Shown: positions 62,014 to 78,385 of the stretch, in pieces
Layout of the letters: every line of letters starts with the position of its first letter
Numbering within the stretch: the first letter of the stretch is position 1
From: Octopus vulgaris
Taxonomy: Eukaryota
NCBI GenBank assembly: GCA_951406725.2
Contig: OX597825.1
Location: 14,900,001 to 15,148,000, forward strand
DNA: 248,000 nucleotides
Direction of reading: 5' to 3'
Notes under the pieces: model-generated
Told to the model about the DNA's origin: nothing
Database searches by the model: none
What the model saw: the letters and a program-made list of their open reading frames with translations, nothing else
Translations under genes and position numbers: made by a program

Positions 62014-62418
62014 CTTTTACTCTTTTTACTTGTTTCAGTCATTTGACTGCGGCCATGCTGGAGCACCGCCTTTAATCGAGCAAATCGACCCCGGGACTAA
62101 TTCTTTTGTAAGCCCAGTACTTATTCTATCGGTCTCTTTTGCTGAACCGCTAAGTAACGGGGACATAAACACACCAGCATCGGTTGTCAAGCAATGCTAG
62201 GGGGACAAATACAGACACACAAACACACATACATATATATATATATATATACATATATACGACTGGCTTCTTTCAGTTTCCGTCTACCAAATCCACTCAC
62301 AAGGCATTGGTCTGCCCGGGGCTATAGCAGAAGACACTTGCCCAAGATGCCACGCAGTGGGACTGAACCCGGAAACATGTGCTTGGTAAACAAGCTACTT
62401 ACCACACAGCCACTCCTG
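62014..62418 (-). mobile_element. SINE group B
   Basis: Full-length match. Confidence 0.85.
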
Positions 62419-63651
62419 ACAATGTTGGTTTAAAAGGAATTAAGCATAATATGTCTTTGGTACTTCCACTGACCGATCCCAGCGAGTGTAAATGTTTACT
62501 GATAGTTTCAGTTATATAATGTGTGTGGATTTGCGTCTGTAAAGGATGGTACCACAAGCAAGAATATCAGCAAAAAATATATACCTACATGAGTTGAGTT
62601 TTGGACAACTAATAAAAAGAGCAAATGTCCCTGTAGTGATCGATGTGTGCCCAATATATTTTATATATGTGTAAAAGAGGCAACATTGGACTTTTCCCCA
62701 CTGCCGATGATTTCATGTTAACCGTTCGACTAGATATGTTAACCCGCTATATAGAAGATGTTGAAGATGTTTAATGTAATAACAACTTCATGGAAACTAC
62801 TGTCTACTGTAGTGGATTCATATCTGTTTGCTTGGAGGCAAAGGGCATACCGCACACTAGATCATGTTGCTACACCTTTGGGCGAAACATGTGTCGTATA
62901 TCTAGGCACGCCATTGCACTTTCTGAGTTGAAAACAACAGCGGATAAATACAATAAGAGACAAATACTGATTAATTTCTAACTCAATTTGCTTTCTCCTA
63001 CCGATGCTACAAGACAGTAATATATAAAACTTTACGTTATGTTTAAATGTTTGCATCTAAGAAAGTTTTCTGCCGCAAATATTTCTTTTTTATATATGAT
63101 ATAATCGCGGATACACTTAACGTTATATTTTTCAACAGTTGTATAATTATTACAGTCATTTTTATCAAAATATTATTCAATACTACCGTCTCAATGGATT
63201 TTCTTGTCTGTCTTATAATACATCTAATTCATATTCAGCAGCAGAACAAGCACAAAACACCTGATCGGTTTCGTTTTTATGTATTAGAAAAGCGTCACTT
63301 TAACTGAACTAAATTGTTTTTTTCTCTCATGACAATAATATATACCTTAGTCTGTCTACGCAATCGTTTATTTATTTGTCACTGATATCGAGTAATCTTA
63401 ACGTCTCAGTATACGATTCTAGTATACAATATTATTTTTCTTTCTGTACTTGCCTCGCCCTCCTTAATACTTCCTCATCACTAAAGTTCAAATTACAAGC
63501 TTTGAAAAGTATCTTGCACGTATCCAACTATATTATGAAAAATGTGGGTTCTGTCCTTATTCTAGCATGTCTTAGATTGTTTATGCTTATTCTGAAACAG
63601 CCTGATGTTTACCTAGAATACGCAAGAAAGTTATAGACACAAGTATGCGTA

Positions 63652-63746
<95 letters not shown>

Positions 63747-64230
63747 TACTTATGGTATCATAAGCAAGTATATAAACAAAGAATATATACCTTCATCAGT
63801 ATACTTGCTTATGATACCATATTGTTGTTTACGATAGCATCAGTGACTTAGAATGCGCCAAAAACTATACTTGACTAAGTTGTTATGGTGTAACAGCCCC
63901 TACTGTTTGTTTTCACTGTCCTGTTTTTGTTACCAACTTTGACCATCCGCAAATCCCAAATTTTACTTTGCTTTGCGGGAGAAACTCTTTCCTCTAAGAT
64001 ATATCTTGTCGTAATTGATCGAAACGTGGAGTAGACAAACAGCGGACAACTGACAAAGGGTCGTTCTTTATGCTACTAGTCTCGTCTTCCATTTATTTTA
64101 TCAGTTGTTCGCAAACAAGTTCGTATTCCATGTTTCCGTATTCATGTCGTTTACGATTTTTGACGTCATGCACCTTTATATGCATATGTATATTCATACA
64201 TATGTATGTATAAATGCATATATACATATT

Positions 64231-64315
<85 letters not shown>

Positions 64316-65312
64316 CATATGAATACCTGGTTTCCAACGTTTCATTTGTCCATGATCCATTACGCCTATGGTATGGGCAGATACCTAGAAGAACATTCAT
64401 GTGGCTCATTTAAAGACTACTCAAGTACATATTAGTTTCTCCTATTTTTCCAGTTAGTTATCATAATTCTCTGAAGATACCTATCTTGAAATCTGCAATT
64501 TTATCCTCTCGTCATTTTTATAGAACTGTTTTCATATACACAGTTTAGTAATATCAATGTATGCTGACATTAAAATTTGGTCATCTTTTTGACGGAGGTA
64601 AAGGCAAGGTTTTGCTACTGACAGTCACATTTTCGAACCACGTCTTTGTTATGTTATTCAGGTACGATAATTATTTCAAATAGGAGAACTGATAAACTAC
64701 TTTCACCATTTGACATCCATTGATAACTGGATTATATCTTTATATTTTCCTTCCTAATCGTTGATTCAGTTTAGTTGCAAATAGAGAATAAACTATAAAC
64801 TCCATAGCTTACACATTTTAATCATCTTAAATATCGTTATCTTGTTATAACACAGTATAATGTTACTCTTATTTAATTAAGAGCTAGCAACTTCAATATA
64901 AATAATCAATTTCGCAGCAATTCTTTTACAGACTTTAAATTACCCATAAAAATATTTCTTGTACTTTTCTCAAAAGACGATTTATGCATCGACTTAAAAC
65001 AGAAAGATGTCGAATCTGTCCTACCTCTCCAAACACTCGTTACGTACCAGATAGAAGAAGCTGTTATCATTTTACCATACCCTACACAGATAAAGGGGGC
65101 AGTTAGAGGTTCAATAAGGAGAAGTGAAGTGCTGTCCATCCTTATTTAATATATACAATCAATATATGATGTTAGAAAATACGAAGTGAAATTTCGGACT
65201 GTGAGCATTTTTCCCTTCAAATCGGAATAACTATACTGTGGTTCTATCATATACACTATTTTCTATTTTTGTGGCTGTAAAGAACTTATTACACACACTT
65301 GGGTGAATGAAC

Positions 65313-65382
<70 letters not shown>

Positions 65383-65855
65383 TATCATATCATATCAATA
65401 TGATTCAGTTGAGTTAGGTACTTAAATTGAAGCTCCTTGTTAGGTCGTAATAATATACACAGACAGCAATATTAGGTAAATACCAAACTTGATACGTATG
65501 TACTGGCCGAAAGATATTCTTGCAGCATATGTAGGCAATTTGACCTAGCTGAGAGAAGAAATTTGCTCTTTAGCTATTCAAACATGTACACCATATTAAA
65601 TATACAATCCCTAATATTCACGAAGGGCAGATTGCGAGAGAAGTAAATAAAATACAAGCAACTAACAGCATAACTACAAGTGTCAATGCATTACGGCTCT
65701 TTCTAACAACTCCTTTAATTCCTTAATGAAAACATTACATCATTGCAAAGAAACTGTTGTTGTCAAATGAATTCATGTAATGTTTTCTTTAATCAATTAA
65801 AGGAGTCTTTAGAAACGGCCGTAATTTATTGACAACTGTACCTCTACCGCTATTC

Positions 65856-65920
<65 letters not shown>

Positions 65921-66090
65921 AATGATTTTGGGCGTGTGTGTTTACGTATATGTATGGAAAAGCATACAAATATGAACTCACATGCAAGATACAAACTTAT
66001 AATACATACATCCGTACCTATATACATGAACTACATGAACATTCTTCTATGCATAAGCATATCTAAATATGTAAAGTGGAATTTTCTTTG

Positions 66091-66123
<33 letters not shown>

Positions 66124-66365
66124 CGCATACATCCATGCTCACACATATTTCTAAATATATGTATATATATATATATGTATAAACGTTCATATAAATACAA
66201 CATATACAATGCATATATACTTATGTCTAAATAGTTGGTAACTATCAATGCTGCAGAAACGAATTAGTGGCGTATATATATATATGCATATATACATATA
66301 CATATGGATATATATATATGTACATACACATATATGTATATATGCATATATATATGTACATACAC

Positions 66366-66397
<32 letters not shown>

Positions 66398-66519
66398 GCA
66401 TATATACATATACATGTATATATATATATATATATATATGCATATATACATATACATATGGATATATATATATGTACATACACATATATGTATATATGCA
66501 TATATATATGTACATACAC

Positions 66520-66574
<55 letters not shown>

Positions 66575-67552
66575 TTATATATATCAGGATATTTCGTGAA
66601 ATTGAATTTCATAGACTAAAAATTATAAACGCGTTACGTGTTACCAAAATTATAACTTGATAAAAATAATTGTGAAAAAAGAACAATAAGATGTAGGTTT
66701 ATCTTTAGTAGGTACGTGAATATATATTTTTGTCGAAAATATTATCTCAAAGACATTTTCCTCTTCTCGAGACAAATATAATGAAATTATTGCATTATTC
66801 CTTTCACTAAGATTTTTAAAATAGAAGGGAAAATGTTAGAAATATGCTACGCTGATTTTAGTTACTGAAAGGCTGTAAATGCTTTTAAAAATAAATATCT
66901 TTTTTTTCCAGTTGTTGTTGTTTTTAAGTAGATAAAATGATGATATTACGGTTTATATTCTTCTCTATCTATATAAACTATAAAGAATGGATGATATACC
67001 CTTTAAAATAGTGTGGTGTAAAAATATATGATAATAAAGCAGTAATCTGCTCACACACACACACCTCCATATGTTCGTGCAGACAAGAAGTGCAGAAGTG
67101 CAGAACAAACTGCATAAATAAATCAATAGGGAAAACTGTAATATAAAGGAAAAATATAACAAGCATTATTAAGCGAAAATAAAACGAAAAAAGATTTGCT
67201 TATAAAGAGAAACCGAGATTAGATTACCAGCATAAAATCCAAAAAATGTAATTTATAATATTGTAATAACCTAAATGAAAATATGAAACTGTGTAAAACT
67301 ACAAAGAACTGTATTCTAGTTTCCTGGAAAATACCTGAAGCAATCTATGTTTTATGTTTTTTTTGTTAATCTATTTCTATTCGGGATATATATTTCTTGA
67401 ACTCTATCTTTGCACTAGTTCTCGTGTTGCTATATGATCTTTTGCATTTTATATAGAAAATAAATTTATGTACTTTGTACGCAGAAAAGCCGGATATAAT
67501 TACATAGAAATTTATTTGATTGGTTTTTCATTATTATATATTGCCTAAAGAT

Positions 67553-67787
67553 AAGGCGGCGAGCTGGCAGACATGTTAGCATGCCGGGCGAAATGCTTAG
67601 CCGTATTTCGTCTGCCGTTACGTTCTGAGTTCAAATTCCGCCGTGGTTGACTTTGCCTTTCATCTTTTCGGGGTCGATAAATCAAGTAGCAGTTACGCAC
67701 AGGGGTCGATGTAATCGACTTAATCCCTTTGTCTTTCCTTGTTTGTCCCCTCAGTGTTTAGCCCCTTGTGGATAGTAAAGAAATATA
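67553..67787 (+). mobile_element. SINE group A
   Basis: Full-length match; further degraded A copies at 68010-68330. Confidence 0.85.
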
Positions 67788-69483
67788 TATTACCTAAAGA
67801 TGGCGACGGCGGCATATCATCAGTGTTTACGTTCTGAGTTCAAATTGTGACGAGGGCGATTTCGCCTTTGATCATACAATTTGCGTTGTTGGGATCGATA
67901 TAATCGAATTATCTCCTACCAGGAAATTCCTGGCCGTGTGTCAATATTTGAAACCATTATGTATTTCGTTTAACGTCGGCGAATCTCCTTAATGTATCCT
68001 AGGACTATTTAAGGCGGCGAACTGGCAGTATCGTTAGCACGCCAGGCAAAATACCTGGTGGCATTTCACGCGTCATTTCGTTCTAAGTTCAGTTTCCGTC
68101 GAAGTCACCTCTGCTTTTCATTCTTTCGATATCGATTAAATAAGTACCAGTTGAGCATTGGCCTTAAGTTGTGAGTTAAAATTCCGCCGAAGTCAAATTT
68201 GCCTTTCATCCCGTCGGGGTCGATAACTTAAATACCAGTTACGCACTGGGGTCGATGTGATCGACTTAATCCATTTGTCTGTCCTTGTTTGTCACCTCTA
68301 TGTTTAGCCCCCAGTGGGCAATAAAGAAAATAAGATTTGAAACTAATATATCATATTGCTAATTATAAAGGAGACGAACGTATGTTTAATGCACTCGAGA
68401 ACCAACTTTAGAGAGGGGGATTCTTCACAAGACATAGCTTTCAGCATTTAGAAGCCACATCATAAACCAAATATAAAACGTACTCTTATGCACAAACAGT
68501 TTGGTCGCCTTCTGTCATCTTTAAAAGTCTTAAACAATAATAATAGGATTTCTAGTCTCGCCTCTTCTAAAAAACTTTCTAGTTTTTTAACGGTTACTCA
68601 GCATACTGTACTGATGCTTTATTGCAGAGAGTGTATGGTGAGAAATTATATTATGCACATAATGTTAAAGTTAAACAGCAAGTTAATAATCAGATTTATA
68701 TTCCGAGTAACATTAACACGACTCCTGACGATAAATTTAAAAGCTCTATGCTTACCTTATAAATTATCTTTTCTGGCATATGCTAAATGGCTACGCAACT
68801 ATAATGCTACTAAAATGAAACGAAATCATGAATTAACCTCATAATATGCATAGATACAAACCTTCACTGACACTACAAATTAAGTCTTCCACATATCAAA
68901 ATAATACTAGCGCTTTCTGACTAAACTTATTAGCGCCACTATAGATAATGACTATATTTCAGGGGATTACTAACATAATATCACATGCAATAGAAAAAAG
69001 AAAAAAAACTAGTAATCAAAATACCTGTTGTATTCGCATACACAGGAAATATCAGCCTTTGTGGTAATCCAATATTTAAAGGTAATAAAAATCCCTGTGG
69101 TGTCTCAGATATCGATAGTGGTAAACATAATTCTCAATCTACACACTCCAAATATACATCTCTCTAATTCATGTAAAAACGTAAGGCATGGTTCTTCGAT
69201 CATTCATAACGATGTCCTATATTTCAAGCGTCCCGAGACAGAAAACGGGATAAAACTTGGTATAATGTTCCATTTGAACTATCAGCTCAAAGCAAAACTC
69301 CTCACATATCCTTTAAAATTAAGGCCTATTTCCCACCAAAACATCACCTCTACGGCATATCCAACAAAGTTACTCGGACACTTTCTTCTATACACTTAAT
69401 TTCACAACAATTACAATCGTTCAAAATTAAAGTTTCACGATATTTTCAAACAGAAATAATCACTTTAATACTTACCGACCCTC

Positions 69484-69534
<51 letters not shown>

Positions 69535-69671
69535 TCGTCTCTTTTATTAGATAGCTAAACTTTTAGCAGTCTAATATTAATGGTTACAATAACATATTTA
69601 CAATAATAGGGTTTATGGAATTTTATTTTTTTTTAAAGATTTTAAAAAATAGATATTTTAATTTGGATCAT

Positions 69672-70035
69672 TACGCGCACAGGGGCTAGACCAGCGGGCC
69701 CGCTGTCATAGGATCGCGGTTTCGATTCCCAGAGCGGCCGTTGTGAGTGCTTTTTGAGTGAAACTACTTGAAGCTCCACGACGTTCCGGCAGTGGGGTGG
69801 CGAACCCTGCTGTAGTCTTTCACCACAAATTTCTCTCACTCTTTCTTTCTGTTTCTGTTGTACCTGGATTTCAGCCTTATCAAACTCCCTGTCTCTCTGA
69901 ATCTTCCCGAGAACTACGTTAAGGGTACAGATGTCTGTGGAGTGCTTAGCCACTAGCACGTTAATTTCACGAGCAGGCTGCTTCATTGGTCAGATCAGCT
70001 GCAACCCTCGTCGTCGTAACCGATAGAATGCCACG
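69672..70035 (+). mobile_element. SINE group D with tail 1
   Basis: D core followed by GAACTACGTTAAGGGTAC...CCCTCGTCGTCGTAACCGA. Confidence 0.75.
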
Positions 70036-70191
70036 ACGACACGCACACGTGTTTATATAACTTTTCAGATATATGTAATTTAATGCGCTTTTATGTTCCT
70101 GCTTATATTTATATGAATATAATGATATAGGTCTATAGTTACATATTTGTTTATAAGATTTAAGTTATATGGGAATTATGGTGAGTGTGCT

Positions 70192-70309
70192 CTCTTTTTA
70201 CTCTTTTACTTGTTTCAGTCATTTGACTGCGGCCATGCTGGAGCACCGCCTTTAGTCGATCAAACATCGGTTGTCAAGCAATGCTAGGGGGACAAACACA
70301 GACACACAA

Positions 70310-70340
<31 letters not shown>

Positions 70341-70498
70341 CAACAGGCTTCTTTCAGTTTCCGTCTACCAAATCCACTCACAAGGCATTGGTCAGCCCGG
70401 GGCTATATCAGAAGACACTTGCCCAAGATGCCACGCAGTGGGACTGAACCCGCAACCATGTGGTTGGTTAGCAAGCTACTTACCGCACAGCCACTGCT
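70192..70498 (-). mobile_element. SINE group B with internal deletion
   Basis: Joins TTTAGTCGATCAAAC directly to ATCGGTTGTCAAGC. Confidence 0.8.
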
Positions 70499-72142
70499 GA
70501 ATTCTGTGTACATGTCTGTGCCTAAATGTTCCCAAATGAATATATATATATATATATGTAATTTTTCGTGTTTGGATTTGGTTTGCAAGATGCTATATGT
70601 GAGTTCTTGTGTTGAATCATATTCTGTTGTGTCTGGGGAGAGTCATTTTCCTTTTGTGCCTTACAATGTAACACACACACCGGTAAAATTTAGGAAAATA
70701 AAAATAAGAAATAAGTGGAAATTTTACCGGTGAGTAAATTTTACATTATAAGGCACAAAAAATATGACTCTCCCCAGACACAACAGAATATGTAATTTAT
70801 ATTTGCCCTTAAATTCCTTCACAACTGTTCCATTATATTTTAAGACTTGTAAAATATGAGATACTCTTATTTTTCCCATTTATGTTTATCGTATATATGC
70901 ATTCAGTGTGTAACTTCTTCCAAAAGTTTATTATTATTATGGATTATGTTTTCTGGATATGTGGTCGGGTCTAGCTTATCTATGGGTGTGCATGTATGTA
71001 TATGTGTTTGTGTTATAGCGGGATTATTTGTATGCCATCTATACTATTTGAAATATGATTTTATAGTTATGTTTGTATGTATAGTTAGCTATTTATCTCC
71101 TTATTAGTATTTCTCGCTCTATACTTATATCTGTATTAACATTGATATGCGTATATTTATGTGTGTGTGTGTGTGTGTGTAATTTGAAATAGATTTTATA
71201 TCTATTTTATTTCAATTGTATTTTATTTGTGATTTCAGATATATTGTATTCGATATTGTCGTTCATCGAAAGCTTACCGTATTTTTGTTGAATAATGGTA
71301 GAAACCTGTATAGGTGAGATTTGCTTATGACGTCGGTCGCATCTAAGAGACAAATGTGTATATAAGTTATATTACACTCAGAAATAAATAATACGCACAT
71401 TTTGAGAGCTTTTCCCGTTGTTGATACACAATTAAAATTATAAAGCAACTTAGAACGCTTATCAAGACTTTAATATCTACTATATCACGCAACTGTAGGA
71501 ATAACATATTTCTAAGAACTAGGGGTTTTTAAAATTTTATCCAATTGCAACTGCTTTGTTGTGTATTCGGAGACTTTAATGTATTGTCGTTATCTAATTA
71601 TCAGGCCGCTATTAAGATATCTCAAACATTCGAATTACCTGCTGATAGTCTAACAAATCACCTGAGGTAAACAATTGACTTGTGAACTTCGAATACATTG
71701 TATTATACGGCCTTAATAATTTGGAATTTTATTAAAGTAGGTTTGAATTTAAAGCGTCACTCCTGTAAGCAAGAGAATACCAACTTCAAACAATGAATGT
71801 TGAACCAATATTGTTGAGTGAGAAAATGTGAATAACTTTAAATGAACTCACCATATCTTTTAAATAGGATGAATATTATTTCTAACACCCTCTGTTGTTG
71901 AATGTGTTTACTATTCTGAAACAATGCTTATTCTATAGTTCATCTACCTATGGGGATTAAGATCATGAGTAGGTTTTGTCTTAAGATCTTCAGGTGAACA
72001 ATCTTCTTCATACGATTTATACCAAGATTCCGTAACGAAATGGAAATGTTTCACGTATTAGAAAATACCAGCTTTATTACCGATAGGTAGGTATATGATC
72101 TCAGTGGAGATGTTTGATGACCGGCGAAGTATATGAAAAGCA

Positions 72143-72560
72143 GGGGATCTTTTCCGTTTGAACGGCAGTTTTTAACATAATTTCTAGTTAACTAAAAAAT
72201 TTTAAACTTCGTACACTGGTAGAATGTGTTCATAAAACATCTTTTTCTCTTGGCTTTATTGAGAAAATTCTATAGCTTGTAAGATATTTGTGTTTTTCTT
72301 TCTTCAAGTTCTGCAATTTCAACCAATCACTCACGTCTATTGAGGTAAAAAAAAACATTCTGTGCCGTATGAATATGTCCCTCGTTTAAGAAACAGATTG
72401 GGTTTAGTTACATTTGTGAAGAAAAAAGAAACCTTTCCCCCGCACCCCTAATCCTAACCCTAACCCTAACTAACCCTGACCCTAAAACAGTCATAATTAT
72501 GGGTGACAATTTCATATGATATCACTAGAAAGAACTGCCGTCCAAACCGAAAAGTTGCAA
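72143..72560 (+). mobile_element. MITE with about 25-bp TIRs and internal telomere-like (CCCTAA)n
   Basis: TIR GGATCTTTTC(C/G)GTTTGAACGGCAGTTTTT; a reverse-oriented sibling lies at 163731-164177. Confidence 0.75.
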
Positions 72561-73182
72561 AAGAGGTACCACATGATACAATTATTTATTCAAATTAACA
72601 ACTCGAGCAACGACAAAACAATTAACGTTCTGCTGCATTTTGCAGCGTTTTCTACATTCTCCAGTTCTCACTACACAGGAAACTGTTATACTGACCTTCT
72701 TCGTAAAGTGCTAATGCCTATAAAATTACTTCGAGCAAAAGAGGAAATGCGACCCATTATCAAAGTAATGGACACTGAGTTTCATGTTTCACATTATTTA
72801 ATCGTTTTATATCATATCAAACTCCAATAACTTTACCATTTCAATATACCGACAATATTTCTTTTATACATATTTGCTAAAATTCAATGACCTTGCTGTA
72901 TTTAGTTTCTCAATTTTCACAAAATTTATGAACGCACGCCAATATTTCAAACGAATGATCATGTGAATTTTTTAGTCTACTGTCACGTTACTGATTTTAA
73001 TTAAAAAAAATAAAATATTAGTAATATTTTTCAAATCAATATAGAAAAGAAATTGCAATTTGATGAAAGACGACATACATGATTTATAAATGGAGACATT
73101 TTGTGATGACTTAGTTATTGCTTCCGTGATATTTTATATATTATGACGCCAAATGTATAATATATTATGCACACACACACAT

Positions 73183-73341
<159 letters not shown>

Positions 73342-76300
73342 CATACATATTAGTTTATCTCAGAGTTAAGAATTATATAAAACTCACTTCTCTTGCACAA
73401 AATTAAGAAAATTAAAAAATATTTTCAAACAAAAGAGAAGAAAAAAGAATGAAATGAAATTTGATAAAAACGTTACGTATAACATGTTAAGTACAATCAC
73501 ATATTGAAAATACATTTAAAGTAAATAATAAAATGAACGATTTAGGAAAACATGAAATAAATGCAAGTAAAACAGTTTACTTTGATTGCACAACTATGCC
73601 ATTGTAGAAGAATGTGAGGTGTTAATTACAGAATTTGGTAAGGGATATAGCTCACTTTAGTTTTGTTCATAATCTACTATAGATGATATTTACTTTGGTT
73701 TCATATTCATACCAGTTATTTGTTGATAGAGAATTATATGAACCACACACACACAGATACACACACACAATCTATGTATGTATGTGTCTCTCTCTCATAC
73801 TCACATATATGAAAATATCATACTTGCTTGTAAATTTTAAATACTTCAAACGCAAGCCTGTTTAAGCAACATATATAGAATTTTATGCATACGGAGACAT
73901 ACTGAGAAACTTTGTTATGATTGCCATATGCAAATGCTATTTTTTCTCTATACCTAGAATAGAGAAAAATGGTAAAGTGTCAGTGATATTAATCTTAAGT
74001 ATTCTCGTTTGGTTTCAATATCAATGCTCCAAGGCGTTTGGCTAAATTAATAAAGATAATACAGATTAAAACAAATTTCTTGTAACTGTCTCAAATTAAG
74101 TCCTACATGTAAATTTTAAAAAGAAACAAAAACAAATATTCATTATATAGTTTTGCCATGAGAAAATTATTTAACATTACAGTTGGAAATTGAGCTGTCC
74201 AATTTCGATAAATTGCTGTCCAGGGAATACCAATGTATCTAATTCATCTTGCCAGGTATATTAACAATAAAAAACGCTAGGAATTGATGCCTGGATATTC
74301 CATGCCCTATATTACAGTGTTGTCATATTGGAGTTAATCACTGAAGCAACGCAAATAATGGAGAGTTGTTAAAGTAGACAATAAACTAATATATATCTGA
74401 ATTGTAAGCTCTAGTGTTAAATTTCAAATTCCGAAATACTTAGGCCATTTCTTATTTCTTTGCCAACAGCCCACTCAAGTGAAACAGCATGGTGTTATTG
74501 AAGCAACACAACCAAAGCAATATATTACTATATTGATATAAATGGTAATACTCAGTTTGATTTCATTTTATTTACTAGAACAACGTTCTTCCACATAGGA
74601 TGCTGGTTACTTTAGCAATTATTCTGTTTATAAAACGATTACTCAAGCTGCATCATCTGTTAATTTTCCATAAATTTATGCTACCTTAATATGCTAATGG
74701 AAAATTCCAAATGCATCTTGACAGCGAATCCCATAAAGTGCAGTTTTATCACTTGTTTGTTTGAAAGTCATTCATCCAGTATCATTTGAACGTCAATCAC
74801 CGTATATCATTAGACACGTAAATCTTCGTCGATTCTATGGAAGAAAGGAAATCAATCCGAAGCAGATGTTGCTTAGCAGATCCGACAATTGTCCTACAAA
74901 GTTATTGGAAAAATGATTGAAATATCAGCAAACTCATGTATCAAGTAAAATATGATCCTAAGCATTCGTATAGAATAATTACCTTAATGTTGAGAATGAA
75001 TTGTCATAGTTTTGTATTTGTTTGACGATATGCCATCGTATATGAGTCGAAACAATATGCTATATTTCTACACGGTATATCTTTCTGGATAACGCCCATA
75101 CGGTAAACTATCAAAGAACATCTATCATAATATTCAGGTTATAGGAAACATCCTTAAGATGAACAGTTTTTAATATTGTTTACCAGTCAAAGGCGGTAAG
75201 CAGACAACCGCTAACGGGCAAAATGCTTAGCAGCATTTCTTCCAACATTACTTTGTGAGTTCAAATGCCACCGAGGTTTACTTGGTCTTTTATATTTTCA
75301 GATTCGATAAAATAATTACCAGTGAAGTAATGAGGTTGATGTAATCGATTTATTCACTCTGCCGATATTGTTGGCCATGAGCCAGAATTTGAAACAACCA
75401 ATATCGTTGACAATTCTTGAAATGAAAAGTTTTATGAAAGAACGAAAATGTAACAGATATTATTAATTTATTAAGTTCATTATAGTTATGTTTTTGCGTT
75501 AATATTTGCACCCTTATAAGTCAGTTGTAAGCTGATATATCACCAAAGAACTCTTATGCACGGGCTTCATGTATGTTTCCATGTCTGTAACTTTACATCT
75601 CCCGTGGGTTTTTCAAATTCACAAGATGGCATTTTGTAATTTGTCTACTATGTGTATTTAGTTAAGGAAACACTTTGAGATTCCATATAATTTATTTCTA
75701 CATTAAATTCACACATAAACATACTTCTGTAAAAAAAGAGAAAAATATCACTAAATATGTATTTAGCTTAAGCATATTCTCCATCTTCACAGCCTGCTCT
75801 ACAGGCATTTTAATTACCAATTAAGTTTATTTTCGAATTCCACAAATCAATTATAACGGTATCATTTGCATGCGTTAGGAATAAATAATACACATTAAAT
75901 TCAATATCAATGCACCACTTATTCTTATAGTCTCTGATACCTGTTCATATTAAACCGCCTTCCGCAGCTAAACATGAATATGTTCACAGTATATAACTAT
76001 ATACAATCCATGCCGTCTCTTTTAACTAAATGTGATGGAAAAAATGTGAATATAATGAAAAAAATAGACATTAAGGGAACACGTTGTAACGCATTCTCTA
76101 AAAAAGTACATCTATTCACAACTCGAAGTCCAGGTCTAAAATATTCAGTTCATTTGCATAATAGACGCAATACGATTATGAATATTAGTGCAGGACTAAT
76201 AACACGCACAATTATCAAGCCATAAAGCAGCAGCTTCCATCCATACCCGCTCTGTATTATCTTCATCTATTAAAATGAAACAGATCGCCAAATGCATTCA

Positions 76301-78385
76301 CTCTATAGTTCCACTTAGTAATAGTAGTTCTATAGATAACGAAAGCCCCGTAATTAAACCACAGTAAAATAAACACACCACGCAACACAATGACAATTAC
76401 CACTCATTAATATAATACACTGGATAAAGCTTAAAGCACCGCATGCTCGTCATCTTCTATGCGACGCTGTATCACATCCAATGCACCAGCAACATAACAG
76501 CATTCATATTTACACAAGTAATTTCCTATCAAATAATATTAACATACATAACATCACATACTCCACCAAATCAATCACCGGCATTTAATCACAGAATACA
76601 AATAACTCGCAAATAGAAAATCGCATAAGGAAAACAACTTCCATTTTATGAAGCAGGGTTGACATCTAAGTAATGTCGGTGTGTCTAAGCGACCACGTGA
76701 CTCGCTCGAAATGACAGCTAAATTTCTCTTATATGACAGACTATTGTCTTTAAAAACCACGATAACACTGAGCAATGTTTTACTATATACACAGAGAAGC
76801 GGGATATTGACTGTTGATTATCAGTCATTTGAAGTACTTTTGAACTGGATTTAAATAACAAAACAAGTCAGTTCACATAGGAAATTTTTTGCACAAGGAA
76901 AGGGCGGAACATCAACAGAAAAATCAACAAATGACATCTTGATGCCGTACTTTTCTCAAATAAAGCGCTTCATACGAATACTATGGTACATTTGTAGTTT
77001 ATGCAGATACTTGCATAAGATGTTGCAGAGATGAAAATGCTGATGACGATGATGACAATGCTGATGATGACGTCAGGGAGGATGATAATGAGTAAGAGGA
77101 AGGAAAATATCATGAAAATGATGATAATAATGATAATGATGATGATTGTAACAACCATCATACCAATAAAATGGAAAGGCGGCAGTTAAGATAAGAACAA
77201 AATATAAAACTATGCATTAAAAATGCCGAAAATACAGCAACATTGAATAAGAATAACAATCGGTTTACATCTTCTTTAAGTACATGCGTAAGCCGATATA
77301 TCGCAGCGAACAAAAGCCTACAATTTGAATAGCAGAGCGAGAGTGAAAGAAAGTGGTAATAATCTACAGAAATCGGCCATTTTAATTGATTTCTAAAAAT
77401 CACAAATTTGAGCATAGTATTAATCAATGCTTCTCTGTAAATTAACTCTTTCTAAAGATACGTTACATTCTAAGTTTTCATTTAATTCTGCACGCAGAAT
77501 CTCATTACAACTTTAATTTGAAATTCTAACAGCTTTGTAAATTTTGTACATTTGATCAATTTAATTGCGCTGATAAATGACATCGATATGTGGAGGTAAT
77601 GCATGCGTGGATAATGTCAGTATATGTTTTATAACATTTAATTTAATAATTCTGGCAATTGTGTTTCTATCAAGAATATTTTAGATCCAGTTTCAAGAAA
77701 AATTATACTTAACTTTTGAAATACATTAATATTTAATATTGATTCAAGGCAATATAATATATTCATGGCGGTAAATAATGGTAGCATTTATCATTGAAAT
77801 GAAAAAAGCACAAACGTGCTTTATGTATAAAAGAAACGTATGGAGATGATATTTTACTTGTTCTACATTATTTTATGGAATTTATATTACAAGAATAAAT
77901 TGCTTTTCTTAATTTCTTCTCGTTGTCTCTACTAATTGTTTTCTGTGCGTATAAATTTTAGATTGATGAATTTGCTTTTCGTGTAAATGGATGCGCGCTT
78001 ATATAAAGGAATCGATTGCTCTAGATATTTCGGTTCCTTACGCGTAGGCATAAAAGAATACTCTATATAGATTCATGATGCAAATGCTTCATTCCATATG
78101 CATGTTCCAGAATTTCGTTACTATTTTGGGTAACACTTTTCAAGCCATGTGAGGATGAAGAGAATATTCTTTTCACTGAGCTTATTTGATCAATGTGTTA
78201 GAAGCCAAAACGTTAATATATGCATAAAATTCGATTTAGGGTGAAAGTCAGTGCAACGTAGTCTTGATCAGGGTATTGCTGTATATACATAGGGAGAATT
78301 CACAAAAAAACAAAACAAAGGATGAAGACAAGTGGTGTAGAAAACAAACAGATGTTTTAGTTTAACGCTCGGGAAGTGAAAAAGT

